IMG/VR virus record: IMGVR_UViG_3300032087_006189
DNA length: 64,000 nucleotides
From: a virus
Reading direction: 5' to 3' (one strand)
Shown here: piece by piece, positions 7,512 to 16,705 of the stretch
Numbering within the stretch: position 1 is the stretch's first letter
Layout of the letters: each line of letters begins with the position of its first letter
Position numbers and translations under genes: made by a program
The notes under the pieces: model-generated
Database searches by the model: none
Told to the model about the DNA's origin: nothing
What the model saw: the letters and a program-made list of their open reading frames with translations, nothing else

Positions 7512-10195
7512 TTTTTGTCCGTAAACTTCGTGCGATTGGTCAGGCGACTGACTGCGCGCAGATTAGCAGATCCATTGCCGCCGCCCTTGGAAATCGGCGT
7601 CTTGTGATCAGCTTCTCGAGGGTCGCCCTTCTTCAGGCCCAGTTTTCTGCGTGCCTGATTTCGCATGCTGCGGTTGGCTACTTGCTCTGGCTTTGCGTGG
7701 TACTGAGCGTACTCTCGGGCATAGTCTCTTTTGCGCTGACCGTATGGGGCTGCCGCGTATTTTGCGATTCCCTTTTCTATGAGCTCTCCTGACTCACTAA
7801 ATCGCGCCGGCCGAACGATCTCCTTCATTTTTGCGCCGACGCCTGCTCCGTCCTCAAAGGGATCAAAGAGCTTTCTCAGGTCATTGGGCTCTAAGGTCTT
7901 TGCATCGATACCTCCCACTACGTTGCGGAAGTCGTGAGCACTCGGTATCGCGTGAATCTCTCCATTTACTCGGCGCATACCAACTGGACGATCTCCAAAG
8001 GCCCTTTGAATCTCTCTGTGATCGAGCTGTTGCCACGGATTACTGGGATCGGCGTAGAACTTTTTATTCTGCACAAATCCAGCGTAGTTTGGGTTAGCTG
8101 CGTACCGCGCATTCCACTGCTTGAGGGCCTCATCTGTAGAGGGATCGTACGCTGACGGCGGCGGAGCCGCCGCACGAGAAGCTGCCGGAGGCGGTGCTGA
8201 CGGCGGCGGAGCCGCCGCACGAGAAGCTGCCGGAGGCGGTGCTGACGGCGGCGGAGCCGCCGCACGCGCAGTAGAGCGTGCAGCCTTGGGAGCGGAGCCT
8301 GCAGCCGAAGTAGCAGCGTCAGCTGCTCCGGTTGCAGCACGGCGAGTTGCTTTGGGGGCTGCGGATGGGGTCAGCTTCTTGAGGAGCTTTGGTGCTTGGC
8401 TGATTCCCGCACCAAGAGTTCCTCCCAGCAAGGCTCCCTTTAGTCCTCCGTAGTCTGCACCGGAATCGTACCCCGCAGCTCCGCCGAGGATTGCTCCGAT
8501 GCCCGCGCCAGCTGCGAGTGATGCGACCTTGACCCGCTCGCCGGGAGGCTTCATGTTCGGGCCCAGCACGGTCTTCACGACATGCTTTGATCCGATGTCG
8601 CCAATAACGACGTAGCCTTTTCCGCTTTTGAGGGGGACATGGTAGGTCTGCCCCTTGCGAAGATTCATCATCGGAATGCGCGCTCGAATCTTGGCGACTT
8701 CATAGGTCGCGCCTGGAGCTCGCTCTGCGATGCGGTCCTCTACATGACCGGCTTCCTTTTCGATATCACTGGCCTGTTGGAATACTGCTCTCATTTGATT
8801 TGCCAGCTCCGTCTTTTCATCGGCTCGATCTTGAATCCACTGCTCAGTGGACTTGCCAGGATCCATGCCGAGAAATCCCTTGGGAAGAGAAGAATAGTAC
8901 CGCTGCACATGAACCTTACGCTCTGCAGGCGGAAGATGGGCGTGACTCTGGTAGCGAACCCCGCGTCCGATCACCTGGTCGATCTTTGAGTTGTTCCAGT
9001 GGGGCTCAAGAACCTGAACCATCTTGGTGCCCTTGAGGTCCAGCCCCTCAGTTCCCGAACTCGAGACAAGCAGGACAGGGACCTTGCCCGAGTTGTACTC
9101 GTCTACCATCTGCGCCTTTTGCTTTGCGTTCAACTTCCCGGTCAGGGTGTTGAACTTGATCTTCTTCTTTTTTAGCGCGCGCTCGTAGGGCTTGAGCCCC
9201 GCCTCGATGTAGTTCGAGTAGACAACTCCGCGGAATCGGCGATCTTTCTTCTTTGCCTCGTGCAGTCTGCGGGCTGCTTCCTGAATCTTGGGAGTGTGGA
9301 GCTCCTCCTCCTCTTCCGTCATAGTGTCGACATACGGCTTCGGAGAAAGCGACGCTTGCCTGCCCGCAGTCGTAAACGCATTGAGCATTCGCGACTCTTG
9401 CTTTGAGGGCGGCAACCCTGCGCGGATCTTGCGTCGCACATGCCACGGAGCGGCGCCCATCACCGCATTGTAGACTTCCTTCTGCTTTCCCGACATTGGG
9501 ACATTGATGCGCTCGTCAATCTGCTCTGGGAAGTCCTCTGGGTTTGCCTCAGAATGGACATCGATCCTTCCCACGAGGGCATCGCGCAGCGCAGTGGCGT
9601 TCTGAAGGTCTTTGCGGATTCCGGGTTGAACACCTACCAACCGGTTCAACAAGCCAGGAGAAACCTTTGTCTCCCGGATAAACTTGCGCCGAAAAGACAT
9701 GGTGTCGGCAGGAAGTACGGTCTCCCCTGCAGCGATGTTTGCAAGAGGCGCAATATCAAAGGGCTGGTTGTACAGCGCGGTTCCAGTCAAGAGTAGCCGC
9801 TTACCGGCCTGTTCGGACTCAGGCCTCAGCGTTCTTGTTGTCAAAGACGGGTTCCGAAGCCTGTGTGCTTCGTCGAGAACTAGAAAAGAGCCGGGCTCGA
9901 TCGCTGCTCGCTCTTCCTTGGTTTTGCGGCGAACTGCTTTCTCGTAGGAGCTGATTCTGGCTTCGACCTCTCCCTTGACGTGCTTTTTGATCTCCTTTTC
10001 ATAGTTCTTCGTTAGCGATGCCGGAGTGATGATCTCCATCGGAGCACCACTTCTGACACCCGCAGCAATAGAGGTCAGCGTCTTTCCAGCCCCTACGCGG
10101 TGAGCAACAATGACGCCGTCGCTGTTCTCCAGCTTGCGGAGGACCCGCTCTTGATGCGGCTTGAGCTTGGCGGTGACTTTGGGAGATTTAGACAT
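7508..10195 (-). CDS. SNF2-family helicase fused to extra modules and a C-terminal HNH nuclease
   Basis: HRVGAGKT (I), DEAH (II), LLLTGT (III), EGLDL, QVIGRGVR (VI); then EKEAG, KVAS and KYAA linkers; C-terminal DHKTPISKGG...NLRAVSRLTNR. Start reassigned to ATG 10195. Confidence 0.85.
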   Translation of the reverse strand: MSKSPKVTAKLKPHQERVLRKLENSDGVIVAHRVGAGKTLTSIAAGVRSGAPMEIITPASLTKNYEKEIKKHVKGEVEARISSYEKAVRRKTKEERAAIEPGSFLVLDEAHRLRNPSLTTRTLRPESEQAGKRLLLTGTALYNQPFDIAPLANIAAGETVLPADTMSFRRKFIRETKVSPGLLNRLVGVQPGIRKDLQNATALRDALVGRIDVHSEANPEDFPEQIDERINVPMSGKQKEVYNAVMGAAPWHVRRKIRAGLPPSKQESRMLNAFTTAGRQASLSPKPYVDTMTEEEEELHTPKIQEAARRLHEAKKKDRRFRGVVYSNYIEAGLKPYERALKKKKIKFNTLTGKLNAKQKAQMVDEYNSGKVPVLLVSSSGTEGLDLKGTKMVQVLEPHWNNSKIDQVIGRGVRYQSHAHLPPAERKVHVQRYYSSLPKGFLGMDPGKSTEQWIQDRADEKTELANQMRAVFQQASDIEKEAGHVEDRIAERAPGATYEVAKIRARIPMMNLRKGQTYHVPLKSGKGYVVIGDIGSKHVVKTVLGPNMKPPGERVKVASLAAGAGIGAILGGAAGYDSGADYGGLKGALLGGTLGAGISQAPKLLKKLTPSAAPKATRRAATGAADAATSAAGSAPKAARSTARAAAPPPSAPPPAASRAAAPPPSAPPPAASRAAAPPPSAYDPSTDEALKQWNARYAANPNYAGFVQNKKFYADPSNPWQQLDHREIQRAFGDRPVGMRRVNGEIHAIPSAHDFRNVVGGIDAKTLEPNDLRKLFDPFEDGAGVGAKMKEIVRPARFSESGELIEKGIAKYAAAPYGQRKRDYAREYAQYHAKPEQVANRSMRNQARRKLGLKKGDPREADHKTPISKGGGNGSANLRAVSRLTNRTKFTDKK
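8151..8266. repeat. 45-bp perfect tandem repeat, ~2.6 copies, encoding RAAAPPPSAPPPAAS
   Basis: Unit gctgacggcggcggagccgccgcacgagaagctgccggaggcggt at 8151 and 8196, partial at 8241. Confidence 0.95.
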
Positions 10196-12110
10196 CCAAG
10201 CCCCACAAAACCATCGCCTCTTTTTTGGCATCTTCGTAGGTACGGGACTTGGCTGACGTCTCGCTTACGTCAGCCAGATCCGTCTTCCCTTTGAGCCTGC
10301 CGATAGTGGGGCGCTGTCCGAGAGCCTTGCCCAGGTGCTTCACATGCGCGTTTCTATCCGACACAAGGAAGTCAGCGGGGGCCGTCATTGACCATCTGCC
10401 GCCCCGAGTGTGAGTAGCGTGACCTTGCAGGGCATACGCGGCCCCAATCAGGTTGCTGCAGGTCCACTTGTCCGTCTTTTTGATCTCCTTGCCATGGTCC
10501 AGCTTCTTGTCGAAGTACTTCGGCATGAAGATCGAGAAGCCCTTTTTGGCCAAGAACTTGTGAGACTCGTAAGGGGCTCCCACCTGCGTCTTGGCAAATG
10601 TTGCAGCCGCGCGACGAGCCTTGGTGCTGACTTTTGGACGAACGACCACTGCCCCGTCCAAATCCCGTAGAGATCTCTTGAGAGATCGCCTTACGACGCC
10701 CCCCTGCAAAGCCTCGACTACCTGGCCCTTTCCGACGTAGATGGCAGAGTGGGTGTAGGATCCTTGCGCAGCGGGAGAAGCCTTGCGGAAGAACTGTTCC
10801 TTCATCCGCTTGTGAAGAGGGGCACCTGAGTCCTTCGAATACTGCTCGGGAGCCATAGCAGTGAGGATCACGTCTCCTACCTGCATGCCCTTTGAACTTG
10901 CTTCTCTGGCGGCCATCGCCTCTTTTTTGATGTCCTCGTAAGTACGGATTGATCGGAAGTTTGGAGACTTCTCCTCAATCTCTTTCCGGTACTTCAGATC
11001 ATCGAAGTGAGTAGTCAGTCCCATCTTGAGATCTGGAAGCATGGGCGTGCCTCGCTCTCGCGATCGCTTGCCCACCCGAAACATGCGAGTCGCCATTGGG
11101 GTGTCCAGGTACAGGACATCATCCGCCTGTGCCAACAGCTTAGGATACCTCAGTGCCCCTCTTGGGTATCCCTCCACAAGGACCCGCTTACCCTTTGCGC
11201 GCATCTTCAGTGCGAGAGCTTCTCTGCGGTTGCGAATCTTCTCGCGCTCGGCTTTGGGCGGCTTGACATACTGTCCGTTGACGACCCCTCCCGTGTCTGT
11301 CCCGATCAGGACATCAAACTCTCCGCTGTCGACCAGCTTCTTGGCCATCGTGCTTTTGCCCGCGCCGGCTCCACCAGTGATGAAAGTCAGTCGCGGAGCT
11401 TTGTCGGATGCCTCTTTTTTGAGCTCTCTTTGCGCCAGAATCTCAATGCCGGGGTATTTAGCGGCTACAGCTTTACGGACCTGTGATTTCTCCCCCGGAG
11501 TACCGTGCTGGGCTACTCGAGCTAGGGCATTGCGAGCATGAGATCGGTCATGGATCGGATAACGCCTACCGGGCAGAGCGAAGTTGCCTTCGGAGATCTG
11601 ATTACGTCCTCTGGTTGTTAGCTCTGCCGCTTCTTTCTTGAGCTCTCCGTAGGAGGCAGTCTTGTTCATCTGCTTGAACTGTCGAATGTGTTTGCAGTCC
11701 ACGACTTCTCCCGGTTTCGCGACCGAACGCTTGTAGCGCCAGTCGTTGCAGGTGCATCCCAGCCGGTCTTTGCCGCGCAGCTTGACGATGCTGTAACTCT
11801 TGGACCCGCTCTGGACGGTGCCGACCTTCTTTCCGGTCTGCAGGCGATTCATGTTGTCCGCGTGCATGACCAGCTTGGCATCAGAGCGAGAGTCACTTCC
11901 CAGCTGCTTCACAAAGGACTTGCGCGAAGCATTGTTGAGGAACTGGTCCCAGTCCTTCTTCTTTGCGGTGTGAAAGCTCTCGACCCGCGCACCGGCACGC
12001 TTCTTTTCTCTCGACTGAAAGAAGTTCTGAAGTCGGCCTCTGATTCCAGAAACAAAAGAGGATGGCGAAAACTCGCCATCCTTTTCAAACTCTGGATAGA
12101 AGTGGTACAT
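10188..12110 (-). CDS. Polyprotein: SWIM Zn finger + DUF6582-like + P-loop kinase + permuted papain-like (YiiX/YebB-type) amidase
   Basis: CTCNDW...CKH; FALPGRRYPIHDRSHARNALAR; GGAGAGKST; GDVILT...YTHSAIY...VVEA...GAPY...CSNLI. Modules separated by KEAA/KEAS/KEAM. Confidence 0.8.
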   Translation of the reverse strand: MYHFYPEFEKDGEFSPSSFVSGIRGRLQNFFQSREKKRAGARVESFHTAKKKDWDQFLNNASRKSFVKQLGSDSRSDAKLVMHADNMNRLQTGKKVGTVQSGSKSYSIVKLRGKDRLGCTCNDWRYKRSVAKPGEVVDCKHIRQFKQMNKTASYGELKKEAAELTTRGRNQISEGNFALPGRRYPIHDRSHARNALARVAQHGTPGEKSQVRKAVAAKYPGIEILAQRELKKEASDKAPRLTFITGGAGAGKSTMAKKLVDSGEFDVLIGTDTGGVVNGQYVKPPKAEREKIRNRREALALKMRAKGKRVLVEGYPRGALRYPKLLAQADDVLYLDTPMATRMFRVGKRSRERGTPMLPDLKMGLTTHFDDLKYRKEIEEKSPNFRSIRTYEDIKKEAMAAREASSKGMQVGDVILTAMAPEQYSKDSGAPLHKRMKEQFFRKASPAAQGSYTHSAIYVGKGQVVEALQGGVVRRSLKRSLRDLDGAVVVRPKVSTKARRAAATFAKTQVGAPYESHKFLAKKGFSIFMPKYFDKKLDHGKEIKKTDKWTCSNLIGAAYALQGHATHTRGGRWSMTAPADFLVSDRNAHVKHLGKALGQRPTIGRLKGKTDLADVSETSAKSRTYEDAKKEAMVLWGLDV

Positions 12111-12111
12111 C

Positions 12112-12756
12112 TCAGGCCGTGATGAAAGCCCGGAACCTCGACTCGAGAGTGGAACCAGAGAGCGTATCCTTTAGGATGTTCTCCAGCGGGTAGATGGTGA
12201 GACCCTTCTTCTCTCGCGCTGTCCGGTAGTTGTAGTTCCGGCTCATCATAACAGTACGGGGATCTGTCGGGCTATACTTCGCGTAGATGTCCGCGTTGCT
12301 CCCGATTTTGCGCCACCACCAGGCCAGCTTCTCGGCGGCTTGGTTGATGGTCATGCTGTACATGATCGAGTCTCCGATCTGATCTAGCCGGTGCGCAACA
12401 TGGCAATGCGGACAGACCACCATGCCGGTCTCTTGGGCGAGGTCGCCAGAGATCAAGTTGTTGCACCCCTTCTTTGTCTTGACCTTTGCTGCGGCCATCT
12501 CAAACGGCCGCACGGATGGGGCAGTCTCATTTCTGCGGCAGATGAACATCATCTCATCACCGCCGCCATGAAGCCGCTTGCCAGATTCCCAGAAGGAGAC
12601 GGAGAACACCACAGGCTTGTGCATTGATCGGTCAGACCGGAACCAGATCTGGATCTTGTACTTCGCCTTCTTGGCACGCTCTTCGTCGGCCTTCTGGTTT
12701 TCGACTTCGATCTTTCTAGCGATCTCTGCAGTAAGACGCTCTTGATTCAACTTCAC
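12112..12756 (-). CDS. Hypothetical phage protein (Cys motifs)
   Basis: 214-aa ORF in the coupled operon; CPHC motif. Confidence 0.75.
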   Translation of the reverse strand: MKLNQERLTAEIARKIEVENQKADEERAKKAKYKIQIWFRSDRSMHKPVVFSVSFWESGKRLHGGGDEMMFICRRNETAPSVRPFEMAAAKVKTKKGCNNLISGDLAQETGMVVCPHCHVAHRLDQIGDSIMYSMTINQAAEKLAWWWRKIGSNADIYAKYSPTDPRTVMMSRNYNYRTAREKKGLTIYPLENILKDTLSGSTLESRFRAFITA

Positions 12757-13283
12757 GGCATCGCTCCGCTGGCTACGGTCACATAGGCGCCCTTTCTACG
12801 GTCGCCGAACTTCTTGGTCACTCCCTCTCCAGGGTCATCTCGATTGCCCCGAGAAAAGGGGAGTTGAACTCTTTTGATCACTCGAACACCCTCAGAGGTC
12901 TGAACCTTATGCGCTCCGAGGATTCGGCTATTTTGGGTCTTTTCCGTCTTGGGATCTTCGACCTTCTCCAGTTTGACTGGAATCTCCGTCTGCACAGTTG
13001 AGTGCAAGATCGGCCCAAGGTCAGCCGCTGCGGACTCGATGTCTCCCCAGATCAAGAAGACCCACATGAACGAAGGGTTGCCCTCGACCAGCAGGTATTC
13101 CTTGCGGATCGAGATGACATACTCTTCCTCGTCCTCTGCAAACTGCAGGAGGTCAACAAGGATTGATCCCCACGCCTTTTGATCCAGAACTCTGAGCTGG
13201 ATCTTATGAGTGATTCCTTCTTCGTCGGTCTGTTCGTCAATCAGCTCGATATATTTCGAGCGTTTAATGTAGGACTTGAACAT
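12753..13283 (-). CDS. Hypothetical phage protein
   Basis: 176-aa ORF in the operon. Confidence 0.75.
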   Translation of the reverse strand: MFKSYIKRSKYIELIDEQTDEEGITHKIQLRVLDQKAWGSILVDLLQFAEDEEEYVISIRKEYLLVEGNPSFMWVFLIWGDIESAAADLGPILHSTVQTEIPVKLEKVEDPKTEKTQNSRILGAHKVQTSEGVRVIKRVQLPFSRGNRDDPGEGVTKKFGDRRKGAYVTVASGAMP

Positions 13284-13286
13284 GGA

Positions 13287-13640
13287 TTACCATCCGGTAA
13301 GGGCCTCGGTCACGAGGGAATACAGCTGAGGGAGTACTGATTCTCCGTCTTCATGGGATGCAGACTTTTCATGCGGCAGCTCTTGCCACACGAGATGCTT
13401 GCAGGGACGGCCGCCAGCAAGGCTATCCAAAGAAACTCCTTCTGGCTCACCCGCCTCTCGGGGGTATGCGCAGCAGATGTTTTCTTGGCAGACCTCTGGC
13501 TGACAGGTGCCTGTCCTCTCAGATCCCAGAAAGGAGTAGGTACAGCCAGAAGGGACGAAGTCGGTCACCTTCGGGTAGTCTTGGCAAAACTGGGGGCGAG
13601 TCGCGTAGATTCCACATCTTCCAACACAGGCCATGATCAA
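13287..13640 (-). CDS. YkgJ/CxxCxxCC-like cysteine-cluster protein
   Basis: GRCGIYATRPQFCQDYP matches the C-x-I-Y-x-x-R-P-x-x-C-x-x-Y-P signature. Confidence 0.6.
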   Translation of the reverse strand: MIMACVGRCGIYATRPQFCQDYPKVTDFVPSGCTYSFLGSERTGTCQPEVCQENICCAYPREAGEPEGVSLDSLAGGRPCKHLVWQELPHEKSASHEDGESVLPQLYSLVTEALTGW

Positions 13641-14158
13641 GTCCTCCGTACTTCGCAGGCAATAGCCTTCTCGAAATCACGGACCATCGTACCCGTAGTA
13701 CTTCCACAGAAGAAGACGAAGTTCTCTGGTGCGTCGGGATCTTCGTAGACGGGAATTCCGAAGACGGCAGCCACATCGACCTGCGGAACCCATGCCGAGA
13801 GAATCTCGGTGTTTGGTACCACAACGCCTACGGGATCTGCCCCTTCTCGAAGTCGGGCCAAGATCCTGCACACCTGCAGCAGCGGGTCATCGTTGATCTC
13901 GTCAAAGATCTCAAGCTCACAGTGCTGACGCACAACCTGGTACGGAGTGACCAGACCACTCTCGAGACCCAGCTCTTCCGTATCGACAAGTCTGGGAACT
14001 TCTACCTGAAGGTCTTCGCCCTTCTGATACAAGATTCGAGTCGGCTTGTCCTTGCGCGAAAACAACGCCTCAATGGAGCTAAGCAACGCAGACAGCGTCT
14101 TGCGCTCCAAAGGGACGGTCTCCGCCACAACGACCTTACGACGAGGCTTGAGTTCCAC
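13637..14158 (-). CDS. Hypothetical phage protein
   Basis: 173-aa ORF, GTG start, coupled to the next gene. Confidence 0.7.
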   Translation of the reverse strand: MELKPRRKVVVAETVPLERKTLSALLSSIEALFSRKDKPTRILYQKGEDLQVEVPRLVDTEELGLESGLVTPYQVVRQHCELEIFDEINDDPLLQVCRILARLREGADPVGVVVPNTEILSAWVPQVDVAAVFGIPVYEDPDAPENFVFFCGSTTGTMVRDFEKAIACEVRRT

Positions 14159-14296
14159 TGCTCTTCTCCCGTCGCTTCAGCCACTCAATGAAGTCCCGGA
14201 TCATCTGACTGATGGAGAGTCCGTTCTTGTCTGCGTATTCGTGCAGGAAGTGATGATCGTCTTCGGTCAGCCGAACCTGCAGCCGTTTGTCCTTGC

Positions 14297-14644
14297 TCAT
14301 GGCTCTACCCGATACTCGCCGTTGATTCCGATGGTGCAGGGCTTCTCGACCACCGCCAGAATATCATCGACATTTAGCAAGAAAAACTCACAGTCTCTCT
14401 TGCTGCCGAGGTAGTGTCCGACTTGGTTCGCGAAGCGCAGAAAGCCGCGGTAAATGACCTTGTCACCGGGCTTTGTGTCCAACGGCATCCCGCACTTTGG
14501 GACGATAGCAACAATCTCAGCGACCCCCTCTGACTGAACATTCGTGTCGATTTGCGACGCGATGAACAAGCCAGAAGCAGTCTGAGCGGAGTGAGGCGCA
14601 GCCATACACAGCGCCCATCCTGGCATGGGGATCAACTTCATCAC
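14297..14644 (-). CDS. groES: Co-chaperonin GroES (Cpn10)-like
   Basis: KLIPM...QTASGLFI (mobile loop)...KPGDKVIY...DDILAVVE. Confidence 0.85.
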   Translation of the reverse strand: MMKLIPMPGWALCMAAPHSAQTASGLFIASQIDTNVQSEGVAEIVAIVPKCGMPLDTKPGDKVIYRGFLRFANQVGHYLGSKRDCEFFLLNVDDILAVVEKPCTIGINGEYRVEP

Positions 14645-15006
14645 TACGCCTGTGCGAACTGGGGAAGGTCGGTGTCAGCGTCGCTAGGGACATGACTGGC
14701 ACCTGCTTCTGCGGCAACGGCCTCAGTCTTCTTGGTGCCGTCCGAGTAGAACTGGCGATCAAGGGGGAGTTCCTTGATCTGCTCCACAAGCCAGTCGGGG
14801 GCCTTCTTTCGACGTGCGTTGTCGAAGAGACCGTCCATGGTATCGGACCAGTACATGTCCGGTCCACAAACCCAGACGATGATGGCTCTGACCTGTCCGT
14901 TCTTGTCGGCAACCTGAACCTGCATCATCTGTGCATCAGCGGTTGCGATCACCTGACGGCGAGCTGTCGGGTGATACTGCGTCTTCTTGATTCCCTTCGG
15001 TGGCAT
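14644..15006 (-). CDS. Hypothetical protein
   Basis: 120-aa ORF in the operon. Confidence 0.7.
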   Translation of the reverse strand: MPPKGIKKTQYHPTARRQVIATADAQMMQVQVADKNGQVRAIIVWVCGPDMYWSDTMDGLFDNARRKKAPDWLVEQIKELPLDRQFYSDGTKKTEAVAAEAGASHVPSDADTDLPQFAQA

Positions 15007-15256
15007 CGGTATTTCTCACAGGTACGAGGGTTGAGATTCCAGGGACGATGGTGACGGGCAGCTTGCACCCGCACTTGTAGATAGGTGCCTCAGACTCAAA
15101 GTCCGAGACAATCGAAATGCGTTCCGCACAGACAGGGCATGCGTCCCCAGTGATGCCGCTGATGTGAGGAAGGTCTTCGATCATCATGCCCTTGTCCATC
15201 AGGGCGCGAATGATCAAATCGAGCTTGAACTCGAGTCGGACAAGGGAGTCTTTCAC
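14936..15256 (-). CDS. Hypothetical Zn-binding protein
   Basis: CPVC and CGC motifs; overlaps the next gene by ~70 bp. Confidence 0.6.
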   Translation of the reverse strand: MKDSLVRLEFKLDLIIRALMDKGMMIEDLPHISGITGDACPVCAERISIVSDFESEAPIYKCGCKLPVTIVPGISTLVPVRNTDATEGNQEDAVSPDSSPSGDRNR

Positions 15257-15567
15257 AGGTCACCGTCGTCAAACTCATTGGCGAACGAGAACTGACTGAA
15301 CTCCGGAGCTTGCGACGCCATGCCGTGATTGCCTTCGACAATCAAGGGGGAGTCGAGATCGTCTCCATACGCAGGCTCATCCTCTTCCTCAGGCTCGTAT
15401 GCCTGCTCTTGCGGCTCGGGAGCCCCGAACTGCTGGATCAAGATGCCTGCCTGCTCTTCGGTCACAGGAAATCGAAACTCGCCAATTGGCCCCTGTGCGA
15501 GGACAAAAAGTCCTCGGTCTGAGCCGTCGAAGGGGTGTACGTCCATGAGCCCCTTGAGAATGATCAT
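15253..15567 (-). CDS. Hypothetical acidic protein
   Basis: 104-aa ORF with 4-bp start/stop overlaps on both sides. Confidence 0.7.
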   Translation of the reverse strand: MIILKGLMDVHPFDGSDRGLFVLAQGPIGEFRFPVTEEQAGILIQQFGAPEPQEQAYEPEEEDEPAYGDDLDSPLIVEGNHGMASQAPEFSQFSFANEFDDGDL

Positions 15568-15941
15568 TGCTTTCTCCGAACTGTTTTGAGTCGGCCTTTC
15601 GATCCACCAGGGGCTCCAGAACCCATGGTTCCCTCTGCAGGGCGGAACTTGACCATTTGCATTTTCTTGAGATCGTCCAGTCGATCGTGCATCGACTTCT
15701 TCTCTTTCTCGACTGCAGCCTTGTTGACGATGTTCTGGTAGTCCTTGAACGCTTCAGTAGCCGAGTCTCCGCCGAGTGCTGCCTGAGCAACTGCTCGAGT
15801 TTCCGCGACCTTCATCGATGTCCGACTTTTCCAGATCAAAAGGTGGGCTGCTTCCGCAAGTGTCCCGAATCGAGGCAGGGGGCCTTTGTCGTAGAGGACA
15901 TTTGCCCGTGCCCACCCCATCGGGGTGTTCAGCCATTTCCC
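15564..15941 (-). CDS. Tail assembly chaperone, frameshifted C-terminal (gpT-like) part
   Basis: Open -1 frame from the slippery site: GKWLNTPMGWARANVLYDKG...; no clear RBS before ATG 15920. Confidence 0.7.
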   Translation of the reverse strand, partial: GKWLNTPMGWARANVLYDKGPLPRFGTLAEAAHLLIWKSRTSMKVAETRAVAQAALGGDSATEAFKDYQNIVNKAAVEKEKKSMHDRLDDLKKMQMVKFRPAEGTMGSGAPGGSKGRLKTVRRKQ

Positions 15942-16705
15942 AGGACTTCGAGAGTCAGCCCCTTCGTCACGCGCTCAAGGAACCAGACAAGGTTCTGCGT
16001 GATCAGCTGAAAGACTGGGGAAGAGAGCTTTCGGACATGGGCCTTGCGCTTTTCGAGTGCTGCCTCGTTGATCTCCCCGTTCACCATCGTAGCCGGCCAC
16101 TTGTGGCCGTTGACCGCAACGATGTGGAAAGCGAGTGCCCACTCGTTTGAGTGCCGAAGGAAGACGCGCGCCGTGGCATCTCGATTCTTTGAGAGCTGGG
16201 CATCGACATAGGCCTCTTCCATGTCGGTCACAGACCGGAAGGTGACCTCGAGCTTGCCGGGAATGATAGGAACGAGCTGAGTGACCTCTCCGTTGATGAG
16301 GTACTCACCGATGTCAATGGCCTGTGTGATGCGCTTTGACACCGCGCGCCTAATCTGCTCCTGCTCATCCAGCTCCTCTTCTACCTCGGCCTTTGCCTCA
16401 GCCTTTGGAGCAGGCATTGCGTCCAGCACATCTTCTGATGGCGGAGGCGCAGCGCTTGCAGTTGCCTCAGCCACAGCCTGTAGTCCGGCGGCAGTAGAAC
16501 TTGAGATCTGAGTCTGCTCAGGCTGACGGCTTTCCCACGAGCGCTGGGTGTTCTCGAAGTGAGGAGTGTTCTCCAGATCTCCGGGACGGTCTGGGACGCG
16601 CTTGGCCTTGGCCCGAGCGATGATGTCCTGGTACTTCTGTGACTTTCCGCTTGGGGCGTCGTGGAAAGATACCGAGGGTCCGGGGTTTGTCTGCTTGCGA
16701 GGCAT
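15929..16705 (-). CDS. Tail assembly chaperone (gpG-like)
   Basis: 258 aa; LEVTFRSVT..EE...LAFHIVAVNG; ends CTG GGA AAT GGC TGA with a slippery heptamer. Confidence 0.7.
   Translation of the reverse strand: MPRKQTNPGPSVSFHDAPSGKSQKYQDIIARAKAKRVPDRPGDLENTPHFENTQRSWESRQPEQTQISSSTAAGLQAVAEATASAAPPPSEDVLDAMPAPKAEAKAEVEEELDEQEQIRRAVSKRITQAIDIGEYLINGEVTQLVPIIPGKLEVTFRSVTDMEEAYVDAQLSKNRDATARVFLRHSNEWALAFHIVAVNGHKWPATMVNGEINEAALEKRKAHVRKLSSPVFQLITQNLVWFLERVTKGLTLEVLGNG
15935..15941 (-). promoter_or_regulatory. Programmed -1 ribosomal frameshift heptamer G GGA AAT
   Basis: X XXY YYZ in the correct phase, one sense codon before the stop; -1 frame is continuous with the 15564 ORF. Confidence 0.75.

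Noticed and set aside
7508-7740. HNH domain as a homing endonuclease in an intein or intron
   Set aside because: It is the in-frame C-terminal module after a KYAA linker; no intein splice-junction motifs or intron structure seen.
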